Shown here piece after piece: positions 26,327 through 38,419 of a stretch of DNA of 64,000 nucleotides (within the stretch, counting starts at the first letter, position 1; each line of letters begins with the position of its first letter). The notes beneath the pieces are model-generated. The model made no database searches. It was not told where the DNA came from and was given only the letters and a program-made list of their open reading frames with translations. A program made the translations under genes and the position numbers. The stretch is from Raja brachyura (taxonomy: Eukaryota). The stretch covers positions 10,602,001 through 10,666,000 of the forward strand of contig OY740812.1 in assembly GCA_963514005.1 (NCBI GenBank), written 5' to 3'.

Positions 26327-26425
26327 AAGATAGACGCAAAAAGCTGGAGTAACTCAGCGGGTCAGGCAGCATCTCTGGAGAAAAGGAATAGGCGACGTTT
26401 CGGATCGAGACCCTTCTTCAGACTG
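26327..26425 (-). mobile_element. Penelope-like terminal repeat with intact hammerhead core on - strand
   Basis: Reverse complement of 26394-26421 is ctgaagaagggtctcgatccgaaacgtc. Confidence 0.8.
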
Positions 26426-27822
26426 ATTTAAATCGAATGCTTACTCCATTGATTTAAAAATTCACACATTGTGGGCTGTGGAGAGCTGAGGTCGGCCAAA
26501 TCTCAATTTAAACAAAACCCGTAAAGGCATTGTGTACCAAGTGTGATCGGTCATCATAAACCGATCATGAGTTGACCTGGTTGAGGATTTAGACCCGAAG
26601 TATGAAAGCCAACATCACATTGAATGTGAGGGTATTTTAGTGGTCAGGTAACAATGGCTCAGAATACCACGCATTACTTGTAAAACGCTCCCATTGTTGC
26701 AACAGAAAGAGCAGGGCCAATATAACAGTAATACCAAGCCCCCAAATCAGTGGCCCCGTGCACTGTAAACCGTCCTGAATGGAAGATGTTTTCGTTCTAA
26801 TAAAAAATCTGATAGAGAATTAACCCGGTATTTTCTCCTCTCTCTGACATTCTCGCCAAATTACATTTCGTGGAAATCTAATACCACCAGCTCAATTCAG
26901 CGAATGTTGGAGAGAAAGAATCTATTTTGAGATTTAGTTCTCAAAAACTCATCTCCTCCGGGACTTGGTGCGAATTGGTTGTGGACAGCGGGAACCGAGG
27001 CAGGGAGAGGATTTGGCAAGGAGCAACGGGGAGGTGCAGGAAGTTACAGAGCGCCGTGGTTTCTGTGTACCGTTCAGCGTTAAAGGTTGCCGAGGGCAGA
27101 AAACTCCACTGCGTTTTCACTTCTGGAGACGTGTGCACAGAATCGGGGCTGGGGTTTCTTCGCAGTGGTTAAAATAAAGTGTAAGAAGTGTCTATCTTCG
27201 GTGTAAACCAGCATCTGCAGTTCTTCCTACATATAAAATATTCTTAATAATGAGTCGTGCAACATCATAACAATTTCTCCAGATTAAAATATACGAAAGC
27301 CAGAGGTGATTCGTTTTTTTTTCTCCCTTGACGTGCTCTGCTGTGAAAAGTGACTGCAGACGTGCTCCAGAACTCCTTCTAAGCGAAATCAAACAAGTCG
27401 TTTCGAAATGACCTAATGGGCCGTGCACTCTATTCATTCCACTGCACCTTCGGGTGCATTTGACGAATAAAATTGACTTTGACTTTGACTCAAGGAGCTG
27501 GGGTACAGAACGTGCACACGAGTTTGTAGCTGGTTTACGAAGTGGCATTCCACCTTTGCGAATGGGCTGAGTGCCAGGGAATTTCAGTCTGGAGGCGTCA
27601 TGCAGGTCTCAACACTTTAGGTAGAAAGTTGCTGCCGATTAGTCACAGTCAATACAATATTGTGCAGAATCATGTGGAAAGCAAATTCAGAAACCTCTCT
27701 AAATATCCCCCATAACCTACATTAAACACTTCTGGCAAGATTTTTATGGAATCTAAAAAATATATATATTTTAAATTCATTCAGGGAACGTGGGCGTTGC
27801 TGACCAGGTTAGGATTTATTGT

Positions 27823-28034
27823 TAAAGAAGGAACTGCAGATGCTGGAGACTCGAGGGTTACACAAAAAGCTGGAGAAACTCAGCGGGTGCAGCAGCATCT
27901 AAGGGGCGAAGGAGATAGGCGACGTTTCGGGTCGAGACCTTTCTTCAGACGTCTCGACGCGAAACGTCGCCTATCTCCTTCGCTCCTTAGATGCTGCTGC
28001 ACCCACTGAGTTTCTCCAGCTTTTTGTGTAACCC
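27823..28034. mobile_element. Penelope-like terminal repeat, fold-back insertion (young subfamily)
   Basis: Near-perfect ~80-bp inverted arms plus tail. TSD ttaggatttattgt at 27809-27822 and 28035-28048. Confidence 0.85.
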
Positions 28035-28048
28035 TTAGGATTTATTGT

Positions 28049-28197
28049 GTAGGAAAGGGTAGGGTTTTAGGGTTCGGGGCTGCAGATGCTGGTTTCCACT
28101 AAAGGCAGGCACAAAATGCTAGAGTAACTCAGAGGGCCAGGCAACATCTCCCAAGAAAAGGAATCGGTGATGTTTTTTTGGGTGGAGACCCTTCTTC
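28049..28197 (-). mobile_element. Second, older Penelope-like terminal repeat at the same target site
   Basis: Family motifs gctgcagatgctgg...gagtaactcag...gagacccttcttc, followed by a third aggatttat at 28198. Confidence 0.7.
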
Positions 28198-29460
28198 AGG
28201 ATTTATGGTCATTCCTGAGCTGAGCTGGTTAATAGGTTGCCTGCATGTGCACTGAGAGTACTCCCACAGTAGCAGGGAGCTTCAGCAGTTTGAATGTAGA
28301 CCACAGACTGGTGATCAAGGCAGAGTGGTCATCTTTTTTGAAGGGGAGAAAGGATAATTGTACAGGCAGCTGATTGGGGTTGGTGGGGGTGTGGGGCCAC
28401 AGGTGTGCGTGGGTATGTGCTTGGAGTACATGTTGCAGGAGTACATCTTGTTGATGTCGAGAAGAGTGTCAAACACCCTGCTTTGCCATGGTGTGAACTT
28501 TTATGAGTTTTGATGGAGCTGCGCTGATCCAGAGGGATGGATAGTTGGGATGTCATCTACTCACTGTGGAAAACCTATATCAAAATATGTGTCCAGTCAA
28601 GCTGTTCATCAACGGTGTCGCCTCGATGTTGTCCAAGTGGTTTGGATGATGTTTACGTCATTGAATGCCTTTGGAAGGTTATTGAACTTTCTTGTGCTGG
28701 AAATGGTTCACGCCTGTTACTTGTATAGTATGAAAGTTACTTGTTGAGTTTCAGCTCAAAGCTGAATATTGGTCCAGACTTGTACAAATCCGAGAAATTG
28801 GGAATGGACCCAGATTGCGGAATTATCAGTGATCTTACACAATTCTGACCTGATGGAAGGAGGAGCAGCTAAATGAGATGGTCCACACTGCCTGAGGAGC
28901 TCCTGGGGTGATGACTTCAGTTTGATAATTGACTTCCATTCATATAATCGTCCTCTTATCATGTGTATGAGCTAATGTTAGACAAGAATTTTCCTTTGAT
29001 TCCTATTGACTTCAATCTTTTGTGGATCGATTTGATGTAACCTCTGGTCAAATAATATCTTCATATCAAGTGCCATTGTAAGTGCCATCTTACATATGAA
29101 ACTCAGAGACTTTGCCCCAGTGTGGATTAATTCTGGTAAAGAGGTCTGAAATTATGATTCTGGTGGAACACAAACCATGCAATGTTGATAGATTAAGAAG
29201 TGTAAATATCTCTTGATGACATCTCTCATGATCTGCTGATGATTAAGAGTGGACAACTATAACAGCATTTGGCCAGATTAGAATTGTCCATCTTTAGTAA
29301 GCAGCAAAGTTTTCCACTTTGTTGGTTACACAGGGAAACATTCCTGTTTGCTGCCTGATTCTACGCTTCAAGGATGAATAGAATTCAGAAAATTAGAGAT
29401 CTCATTCATGTAATTTAGGAGTTCATGAACTAAATACATAAGAGAATGGATATAATGGAT

Positions 29461-29599
29461 GCTTCTCCATGGATTGTCACCTTGTCGTGGTGGAGAAGCC
29501 CGTGTGGTCCTGAGATCGAAGCCATCTGGAGCTATGCCCCTGGTAGGGCCACCCATGGTGGTAGGGTCGAGGGGGATGTCCCTGACAAAGCACAATCCA
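29461..29599 (+). ncRNA. Predicted HDV-like self-cleaving ribozyme
   Basis: P1 GCTTCTCC 29461-68 / GGAGAAGC 29492-99. P2 TGGATTGT 29470-77 / ACAATCCA 29592-99. P3 ACC/GGT closing L3 TTGTCGT 29482-88. J4/2 C-A-A-A 29586-89. Long P4 region containing CCACC/GGTGG and CCCCT/AGGGG. Confidence 0.65.
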
Positions 29600-29864
29600 A
29601 CCAAGACCTCAACGGTGGAACAGGCGGAGGATGATAGCTTACTTTAGTGGAGCGTCACACCGGCTGGAAGGCGGATGAAGGCTGCAGCAGAAAAGTGTCA
29701 CCGGTCGTCTTGAACTCCATGCCACTGGATCTTGACCCAGATCTGTCAAGAACCGTGTGGTGGCTGTCTGTGCACCAGTCTCCCCATGTTAAACAATGTC
29801 ATGCACAGGTGTCCTCAGGAGAGGACAGTCATACTCGTTTTGAGTGACTGCTGATGATGATGAT
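29461..29864 (+). mobile_element. Non-autonomous RTE-type short retroelement (RTE 5'-UTR-like head, (GAT)n tail)
   Basis: TSD gaatggatata at 29444-29454 and 29865-29875. GC-rich body with no substantial ORF and a (GAT)4 tail. Head motifs ccttgtcgtgg / gagctatgcc / tagggccaccca / ctgacaaa resemble RTE (BovB/Expander-type) 5' UTRs, recalled from memory. Confidence 0.75.
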
Positions 29865-31859
29865 GAATGGATATAGATTTTGACTATCCGATCTACCTAT
29901 ACATTTTGTGCCAAGGTTAACCTGAATCAGAACTTCATAACATTCACAGGATTCCTTCAGGATGTCGGTTTCAATCTCAATTTAGCCCATAGTACAATCT
30001 GGGGCTAGTTTTGCCCTGTGTTTGGTCTCACGTTGAAGCCTGTTTCATTGGGGTTAGAGAACACAGATGGAGAGGTTCAAAAGGATGGTGTTTCACACCC
30101 AATGAAAGGTTTGGGAGGGAATCTTTGCGACTGCTAATTTGGGGCACAGTGTAGCTCAACAAACACCAAGCTGATAGATAACGTGTTCAGAGGTTTTGGG
30201 TGAATCGATGTTTATGGAGGGTGGAAGATTGTAGTCTGGCCAGAAGACATCTGAAATAGTTCTGTCCAGATGTAAAAACATAATGGGTGAAGTTTTTCGC
30301 ACCAGATAATTTGAAGCATACACAAAACTAGGCAATATTTAAACTACCTATATTGGACCATTTATTTGCTGAATAAATATAATTTCTAGTGGAATCATCA
30401 GATGCAACTACCATTAGACTTGACCTGATCCCAATTCTATTGTCTGATATATGAGGTTAAGCAGAGTAATGGACAATTATCAAAGAGACTTTCTTCAAAT
30501 AAGGCCACAGATGGTAAAGTCGTCAATAATTACCAGCAACATTAAATGAAATACGCTCTTCCATGTATTATTTTTACGGTACGACTTTAGGCTCATTTTG
30601 AATCTCCACTGGCCTTAGCCTTCCCTTATTGACAGCCAGCAATGATCTAGGTTTTGTTTCATTAATTTTAGCAGTTCCACACTTACTACTGGTACAAAAA
30701 TTATATAATCCTGTGAATTGTCTGTGAGACCTTTGGTCAAGAGTGCCACCCCATCCAGACAGAACCAAGTGCAGGTAATTTCATAACTTCATACCACATA
30801 AGTAACTGAAGTTCAATTTAATTTGCAGTGACTTAGATTTATTTGGCCACAAAAAAAAATGCGTACTAGGAACAGATAATAAAACAATGTTCTGATTTTG
30901 TACAAATACATCCAAAAAAAAGTCTTCTAACGTAATGTTTGATAATTAAGGATCAATGACGATAAACTTCTGGTATCGAGCTTTGAATCCAGTTCAAACA
31001 AATGGGGGTGAAAATTGCTTTTATTAATGGATGATAAGATGTGTGTGAAGTTACTTTGGTTTGTACTATACCCATTAGCCTCAGGCATGACACCACAGGA
31101 TAATGAACCATACCCTTCATTACAGCTGCTGTGGGACATGGAATACATTTCTCCAAGTTTAGGTGGAGGTTGGCAGATGGGAAAAATTCTAACATGCATT
31201 ATCCACTCGACATGGACTCTACAATTTGACCTGGAACGTTACCTCGGTTTCTCTTTCCACAGATACTCCTTGGCCTCCTGAGTACTATGACTATATTCTA
31301 TTTTATCTCAGATTTCCAACATCAGCAGCCTTTTGATTTTTAACTCTGTTACATAATTGTGAAAGGGAATTAATCTGTAATACATTCCATTTCTTTTCAC
31401 TGGCATAAATTGAATGTGGAGAAACAGGACTGATTTTCTTAAACTATTGCTAGTCTAATTTTTTTCAACCAAATTCCACCAATTCAATTGCTATTTAGGC
31501 AGTATAACAAATGGGGATTGAACAGTAACTCTGTTTCATATATGGTTCAATATCATAAACCCACACATTAAGCAATCTAATTTTTATTGTCTGTTCCTCA
31601 ATGTCATGCAGAATTGAAAGACCTGTTATCTAAGCCTTCACATCACTGCATGGGACACTAAAAGAGAAAATAATGACACATTTGCTTTGATGATCGTTGT
31701 GATCAGTACCTCAGCAATTCAGTATCTCATTATAGTAGTCTCCAGCCTGCTGACTTTGACAAATCATATAAACCAACATAGACATGAGGCTGGCTTAATA
31801 TTAAGACTAACAAATCACTGACTTAAAGTTAACACATCATAGAGATGGCAGATGCATGG

Positions 31860-32180
31860 AGTCTCATGCCCAGAATCGAGGACCAGTGGACATAGGTTCA
31901 AGGAGAAGGGGAAAAGATTTAACAGGAATCTGAGAGGTAACCTTTTCCACACAAAGAGTGGTGGGTGTATGGAATAAGTTGCAAGATAGTAGTTGAGGCT
32001 TGGACTATCCCAACATTTAAGAACCAGTTAGAGAGGCACATGGATAGTGCAGGTTTGGAGGGATGTGGAACTAGCGCAGGTAGGTGGGACTAGGGTTGCT
32101 GGGACATGTTGGCTGGTGTGGGCAAGTTGGGCCGAAGGGCCTGTTTCCACGCTGTATCACTCTATGACTATGACTCTAGA
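31860..32180 (+). mobile_element. CR1-clade LINE 3' fragment
   Basis: ccacacaaagagtggtgggtgtatggaataagttgc...gggccgaagggcctgtttcc...(ctatga)n tail. Relatives at 35570-35695 (+), 52855-53080 (-), 53445-53710 (+) and 61285-61525 (+). Confidence 0.75.
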
Positions 32181-32516
32181 TTGTGCAGCTGAAAATTTAT
32201 CAGAATTAAAGCATATTTATATCAGAATAAAGTATATAGTTCTTACTTTGCTCCTTTTTCCTTTATACACAATATACATTTTACACAATTTAAAGTTTTT
32301 TTTGTGATAATTTGTTGTTTCCAGTGGTATGGAAATCCAGCATTTAATTGCTAAGGGAAGATGATTGGGAAATGCGAACTTGAACTGTTTCAGCTCTGGT
32401 GGCGATGGAATTCCCTAGTAATATTAGGGAGGATGTAAACAAAAAGGAATGGTTATGAACTTCTAATTATGGTGTGTGGTAAGCAGGGATACTGGCAGAC
32501 ATCAGTGTTTCCTTGT

Positions 32517-32603
32517 GTTTAGTTTAGTTTATTATCACATGTACTAAGGTACAGTGAAAAGTTTTTGTTGCATGCTAACCAGTCAGCGGAAAGACAATAT
32601 ATG
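32517..32603 (-). mobile_element. Short copy of the 24290-24465 element end
   Basis: gtttagtttagtttatt...aaggtacagtgaaaag...ctaaccagtcagcggaaaga. Confidence 0.55.
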
Positions 32604-34464
32604 TGCCCCCTATTCCCGTGTTTCTAGGTGACAGAGACTGGAGTTTGGAAGGTACTGCCATGGAAGCGTTTATGAATTGCTGCTGTGAATTTTATAGCTG
32701 GTATGTAATAGCTGTAGTGTGCAAGTGGTGGAAGGAGTAAATATTCTGAGTGTGAGGTTTGAACCCAGTTAAATAGATTGCATTATCCAGGATTGCTCCA
32801 TTGCTTGGGTATTGCTGCTTCAGCTCTCATCCAAACAACTAGAGACTTTTTCCATCACAGTTCCGACTTGTGCTTTGTGAATGCTTTGAAAAGTCAGAAG
32901 GTTAATTATTTGCTTCAGGATCTTTCACCTACTCTCATAGCCACATGAAAGTTAGCTGTGGTCTAGATAAGTTTCAGATTAGTTGTAGATCATCCCAGAA
33001 TGATGATTCAACAGCTGAAAGATTGTAATTTTCTGCCACATATTTATTGCTAGCATCCCATATTAGCATCAATGATCCCAGTGTAAAGGTTAGATGGAAA
33101 TTAAATTCCATCTCAGAAATATAGCCAGACCACAATCAATTGAGGTAATCTACACAATGCCAGAGTCATAATTTCCTTAAAAAGTGATCAATTTTCATTC
33201 CATTAGGTGGGGTCAGTAATTCAGTGAGTATGAGGGACCTATTTGATATCTTTCTAGAAAATTAAACATGCCTGCTCAAAAAATATATTTGAAGAATCTC
33301 CAGCAGCTGGCTGGCAGATAAATTTTAACCCTTCAATCTAGGCTGTATTTAAATCTAGAATCTGAAAATAATGCAAGTATTGTAATCCATGATATCCTCT
33401 TTAACAATAAAAAAATAATACCTGATGGCAACTTGAATTAACCTTTAAAGAAGCACATTAAAACAAATGATGGCAAGCTGAAGGACTGCGTTGAGGAGCT
33501 GTGGTCAAATATTTGATCATTGATTTTAAGAAATGTTGTAAGCAGAGGTGACAGGTCAATGAGTTTTCATGCTTTATAATGTAGTATTTATCTGTTTAAC
33601 AGGTCATCACAGAAAGTTGTAAACAAACAAAACGAGTAAGAAAGTGAAAGCCACAACCTTATGGGAGCATTAACAGACACATTATGAAACTACTAAGGTG
33701 CAATCCTTCATCAAACGGTCCCTCTTTGTGACCATATACAAAAATAGCAAACAATTCTTTGATTAGGTGATGGAGCAGCTGCAAATGGAGGCTTGAATTT
33801 ACAATGATGCTGACAGCCATGCTCTTACTTTTATCCAATGTTTTCTATTGTCTGCTGTCGACTGTTTCCTTGGCTTCCTTGCTATTCCTCCCTTCGTTTT
33901 TCCCCAATCCTCAATTGTTCATTGGTACTTTTTAGTTACATGTGCCTAGGGAGAATTACATTCTTTTTTCTGCAAACAATTCAGTAAACTCCTACTATAC
34001 ATGGGCACAATTATAACAAAGTGCAAGAATAAGAATAGTAGATATGACCAAGGCAGTACACAAGAATCACCACTTAAGCTCATAACATAGTTTCCGACAG
34101 TCCTAGTCCATCCAGTACATCACAACAGAAAGACCTTTGAGAAAGACCAGTTTCAGTTGCTCCCAGGCCCACATGCTCCTATTACCCCACAATGCTCCAA
34201 AAACCCCTTGGTGTACACCAGATCCTGAATTAGATGATTTGTGTTGGGAATACCAGGAGATAATAATAACTGCGGTACAATTCATCCATAATACATTATC
34301 AGTGGTAGAGTGCAGAAATAAACAGACCTGCACAATCAAATTTCTCAGTCACAGGGTGCAAAGTGATTCTTGTTGTATTCTGTACTGAAAGCTGTCTGTG
34401 CTGGATATAGGAGAACTTTACACCAGAGGGTGGATCTGTGGCATTCATGTATTAATATAAAAAT

Positions 34465-34890
34465 AGACTGAAGTAGGAGTAGGCCATTTGGCCCCTTACC
34501 TGCTCCTGTTCTCAATGAGATTGTGGCTAATCATTTAACTGAACATGACTCCCCTGTCCTAACCCCATAACCATTACTTTACTCACTATCCAAAAATCTA
34601 TCAATCTCTAAATTGAATGCACTCCGCAAATGTCCTTCCCCACAACCATCTTGGGTAGATAATTTCAAAGACTAACCATCTTCTGGATGAAGAAAGTGTT
34701 CGTCTAAGTCCTAATCTCCTTCTTTTGTAACTGGTTTCGGAAACTCCAGCCATGGAAACGCCATCCCAGCATCCACCCTCTTAAGTCCATAAGAATGTCT
34801 TTGTTTCAATGTCATCACTTCTCATTCTTTTAAAGTTGAGACTGCAGACGGGCTCAGTCTGCTTAAGGTTTCCTCACAGGATAATGTTCC
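34465..34890 (-). mobile_element. Old CR1-clade LINE 3' fragment
   Basis: gtaggagtaggccatttggcccc... is a diverged version of the young CR1 3' end at 48250. Confidence 0.6.
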
Positions 34891-36679
34891 CCACACCCTG
34901 CTTGGCTTCTCATGGGCTTGGAACGGAAAGTCCTGAAGAGTGTGTGATTAATTTTCTCATTGTAGTACAAATCTGCATTGTATCTCCATGTTACTTTCTA
35001 TACTGCTATTAGCCTCATAAGTCCCAACCACAACAGTGTTTCTGTTTCCCATCCGAGGCTCTTATAAATCCGCTGACTGAGATTTGAGGCTTTGTGTGGT
35101 GTTTTTCTATGTGGATCTTGGGCAGTAGGTTCTGGACTTAAGAGACAGGAGAAGTCTCACCACTTCATTTTTTTCTGCCATTCCTGCCAGTTCACCAAAT
35201 GAGAAACCCTAACGTTCAACAAAATCTCAAATAGCTACATATCTTAAACCTTGCAGAAGCAACTGTTTCTTTCTATAACTAAAGATCAAGGTGGTACCAG
35301 GAATAATTTAAAACATGGAAAAATATAGCATTATAATCAAGCATAATACACCTCCAGTTACTGAAACTAGGGGCAAACGCTTAATAAATGACAGTTGAAC
35401 TAAACTAATTTGAGGAAATGCAAAAGATTGAATGGAAAGAACAGCAAAAAAAACTAGGATATCACCATGGGACTTGTGGGAAGGAAGGGCAGGTAAGACT
35501 TGAATGTTCACCAATTTCTAATGCACAGCAAGCTGCCATCAACAAGCAATAAATGTGTCAATGCTTTACAGGTAACTAGACAGATCTAGAGGGATATAGG
35601 CCAAATGCAAGCAGGTGCGACTAGTGTAGCTGAGACTTATTGGCTGGTGTGGATAGGTTGGGCCGAAGGGCCTGTTTCTACACCGTATGACTCTAAAGGG
35701 TGTCATTTCTGGCTCAATGGCAGCTCTCCTGCGTCACTAATAGCACAAGGGCAGACAAGTTTTAAATATATTGAGCGTTCAGAGGGGTTGTGTTTGGAAT
35801 GTATGCCTTCGACTGGGAGCATCATTCACCAGGAAAATCTATTGTATCACTATGGATGAGCTTGCTATGAATTTTCATTCATCCAGTGTATACGAGACTG
35901 CTGCATAGACACTGGGGCTTCATGCTGAGAGCACTCAGTCAAAAAGACTAATGTTGCATGATACAACCAATTTGATCAGAGTAGAAATCCACCATACAAT
36001 GCAGATTTAACAACACAGAAATGTTTAAGAAATGATATACAAATTGCATAAAATGAGATGTATTCCAAAAATGATAAAACTATTTACCAAATGCATATCA
36101 CATCACATGTTTCATTGTGGGAGTTACAAAATTGTGTTCCAGATCTTTGCCTCTAGTTTTGCCTTCGGTGTTAACATATTTAAAATAAAGGGATCTAAAA
36201 CGTTATTAAAATAACTAAAGAAGAAACCTCATCTAAATTCTTTAAGCATTTGTAATTGGTTTCCCATGGCTTTATCTCAAAACCAACATGTTTATACACC
36301 CTACTTAGTGTAGTAATAGATAGGATTACAGTTGTATATGAATCCACGTTTTAGACCACCATATTATAATTTTACACAACAAATCGTAATATGAAATCCA
36401 GTAATCCACCACAGCATTCTTCATTTCCTAGACTTAGAATAGGTTCTCAAATGTCCGAGACTTGATACTCAGGAGTAGCTGAATCCAAGCCAGAGCCGGC
36501 ACATTTAGCCCGATATCTTCCTGGCCAAGATCTGACAGGTCCTAAATATTCAGCAATTGCAATCAAACCTCAGATTTATGAAGCCAAGATGGATCAATTT
36601 TACACTTGGCAATATAGCAGGGAAAGAAAGACTTTTAATTATAAAGTGCCATTCATGTTCTTTGGAAAATTTAAACTGT

Positions 36680-36955
36680 ATTATAGAGTTTAGAGATACA
36701 GCGTGGAAACAAGAACCTTTGACCCACCTAGTCCATGCCGACCAAGAATCACCGACACTAGTTCTATCCTATACACTATGGACAATTTACAGAAGCCAAT
36801 TAACCTAGAAACCTGCATATCTTTTTGACGGGAGGAAATCGGAGTACCTGGAGAAATCCCATGCGGTCACAGGGAGAACATACAAACTCAGTACAGACAG
36901 CAGCCATAGTTCAGGATTGAACCTGGATCTCTACCACTGCACCACAGTGCCGCCC
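36680..36955 (-). mobile_element. tRNA-derived SINE with CR1-type tail (HE1-like elasmobranch SINE)
   Basis: Minus strand begins gggcggcactgtggtgcagtggtaga (A box) ...ccaggttcaatcctg (B box). Core matches the copy at 49405 and the tail matches local CR1 3' ends. Confidence 0.75.
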
Positions 36956-37066
36956 TGTTAATTAACAATGCACAGAGGTATTCTTACTGATATAACATAT
37001 GAATGCCCTGCATTCTCTTGTGGCCTGCAATGTCATAAAGACGACAATCTGGGTTTTCTTGAGTCA

Positions 37067-37202
37067 TGTGTAGGAAAGAACTGCAGAAGCTGGCTTAAAT
37101 AAAAGGTAGGCACAAAATGCTGGAGTAACTCAGAGGGACAGGCAGCATCTCTGGAGAGAAGGAATGGGTGATGTTTTGGGTCGAGACCCTTCTTCAGACT
37201 GA
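37067..37202 (-). mobile_element. Penelope-like terminal repeat with tail
   Basis: tgtgtaggaaagaactgcag...gggtcgagacccttcttcagactga. Confidence 0.8.
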
Positions 37203-38159
37203 ATATTGCTGAATGTTGGGTGGGACGTTGGGAGAAATTCTTCAGAATTCTATCATGGGATTTTGTTAGTTCATCTAAGGGGACCTGGGTCAAATGTCTC
37301 ACCCATAGAGAGCTCTTCTGCAGTTCTCTACGATTAGTTGTGCCCGGGTGGGCTTTTAACCCATGACCCGAATCAACGGAGGCTAAGTTTCTGAGTGGAT
37401 AGCTGAGTTTCTCCAGCCTTTTGTGTACCCATGTTTATCACTTGTTGATCTGTCTGCATGAAGTCACCAGTTCATCCCGTGCTCTCTGCATATAAATTTA
37501 ATCAAAAATGGCCTTAGGCGGCTGAAAATGCAGGAGATATGCAATGTGCGGAGGCAGATGGAAAGCGAGATGTCATCAAGCAGAATGTTCCCTCAACTGA
37601 CACATATTTTGGTAGGGAGCCAAGCAATGAAAGAAATGTGGTGATAATTAGTAAACTCAACTGGGGTAGTCAGGCGTGTGGAAACCAACATATATTTAAC
37701 AATATAATTGAAAAGGGCCTGCTGATATGATATTTCAGCTCATTATTACCTTAGAGATTATTTTCCTTTTGTGTAGATAGCTCACCAACTTTGGTGATAA
37801 AAGTCCTGATATAGGTCCCCACCCAAAGCCTTTCACTTGCACATTCTGACAAAGGTATGGAAATTATTTCAGCACCCTAAAACTCCTTGCGTTTTGTTTT
37901 GTTTGGAACGCTATCTGCAAAGAGAATCCTACACTGATTTTCAATTTACCCTCTCCTCAGTGTTTCCAAAAATTCCTTCAACGGTTATGTTCAAACTTAT
38001 ACCGTGTGCCAGTGAAGCCTTATACTTTACAACACCACATATATTTTATATGATTTTATTGGATAAATCTGTGCAGATTCACAGTATTTCATCCAAGTAA
38101 CCTTATAGTGTGATGTGCAGGTTAGTTTACTGATTCTTAACATGGCTAGTGTAACTGTT

Positions 38160-38286
38160 AAAGAAGGAACTGCAGATGCTGGAAAATCGAGGATACACAA
38201 AAGGCTGGAGAAACTCAGCGGGTGCAGCAGCATCTATGGAGCGAAGGAGATAGGTAATGTTTCGGGCCGAAACCCATCTTCAGACT
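38160..38286 (-). mobile_element. Penelope-like terminal repeat with tail
   Basis: 17-bp TSD tggctagtgtaactgtt at 38143-38159 and 38298-38314, with an extra partial copy at 38285-38295. Confidence 0.8.
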
Positions 38287-38419
38287 AGTGTAACTAGTGG
38301 CTAGTGTAACTGTTTGGAACATATCAATATTGGATGAATTTGGGCATACATAGAAACTTCACAGAATTCCAACATTAATGATTTGATTATGAAGTGAAGT
38401 CAATAACATAATATCAGAG

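Noticed and set aside
28330-29260. Possible old LINE internal fragments (also ~18420-18780, 32620-33000, 51200-51560)
   Set aside because: The texture suggests decayed LINE ORF2, but I could not read diagnostic motifs with confidence.
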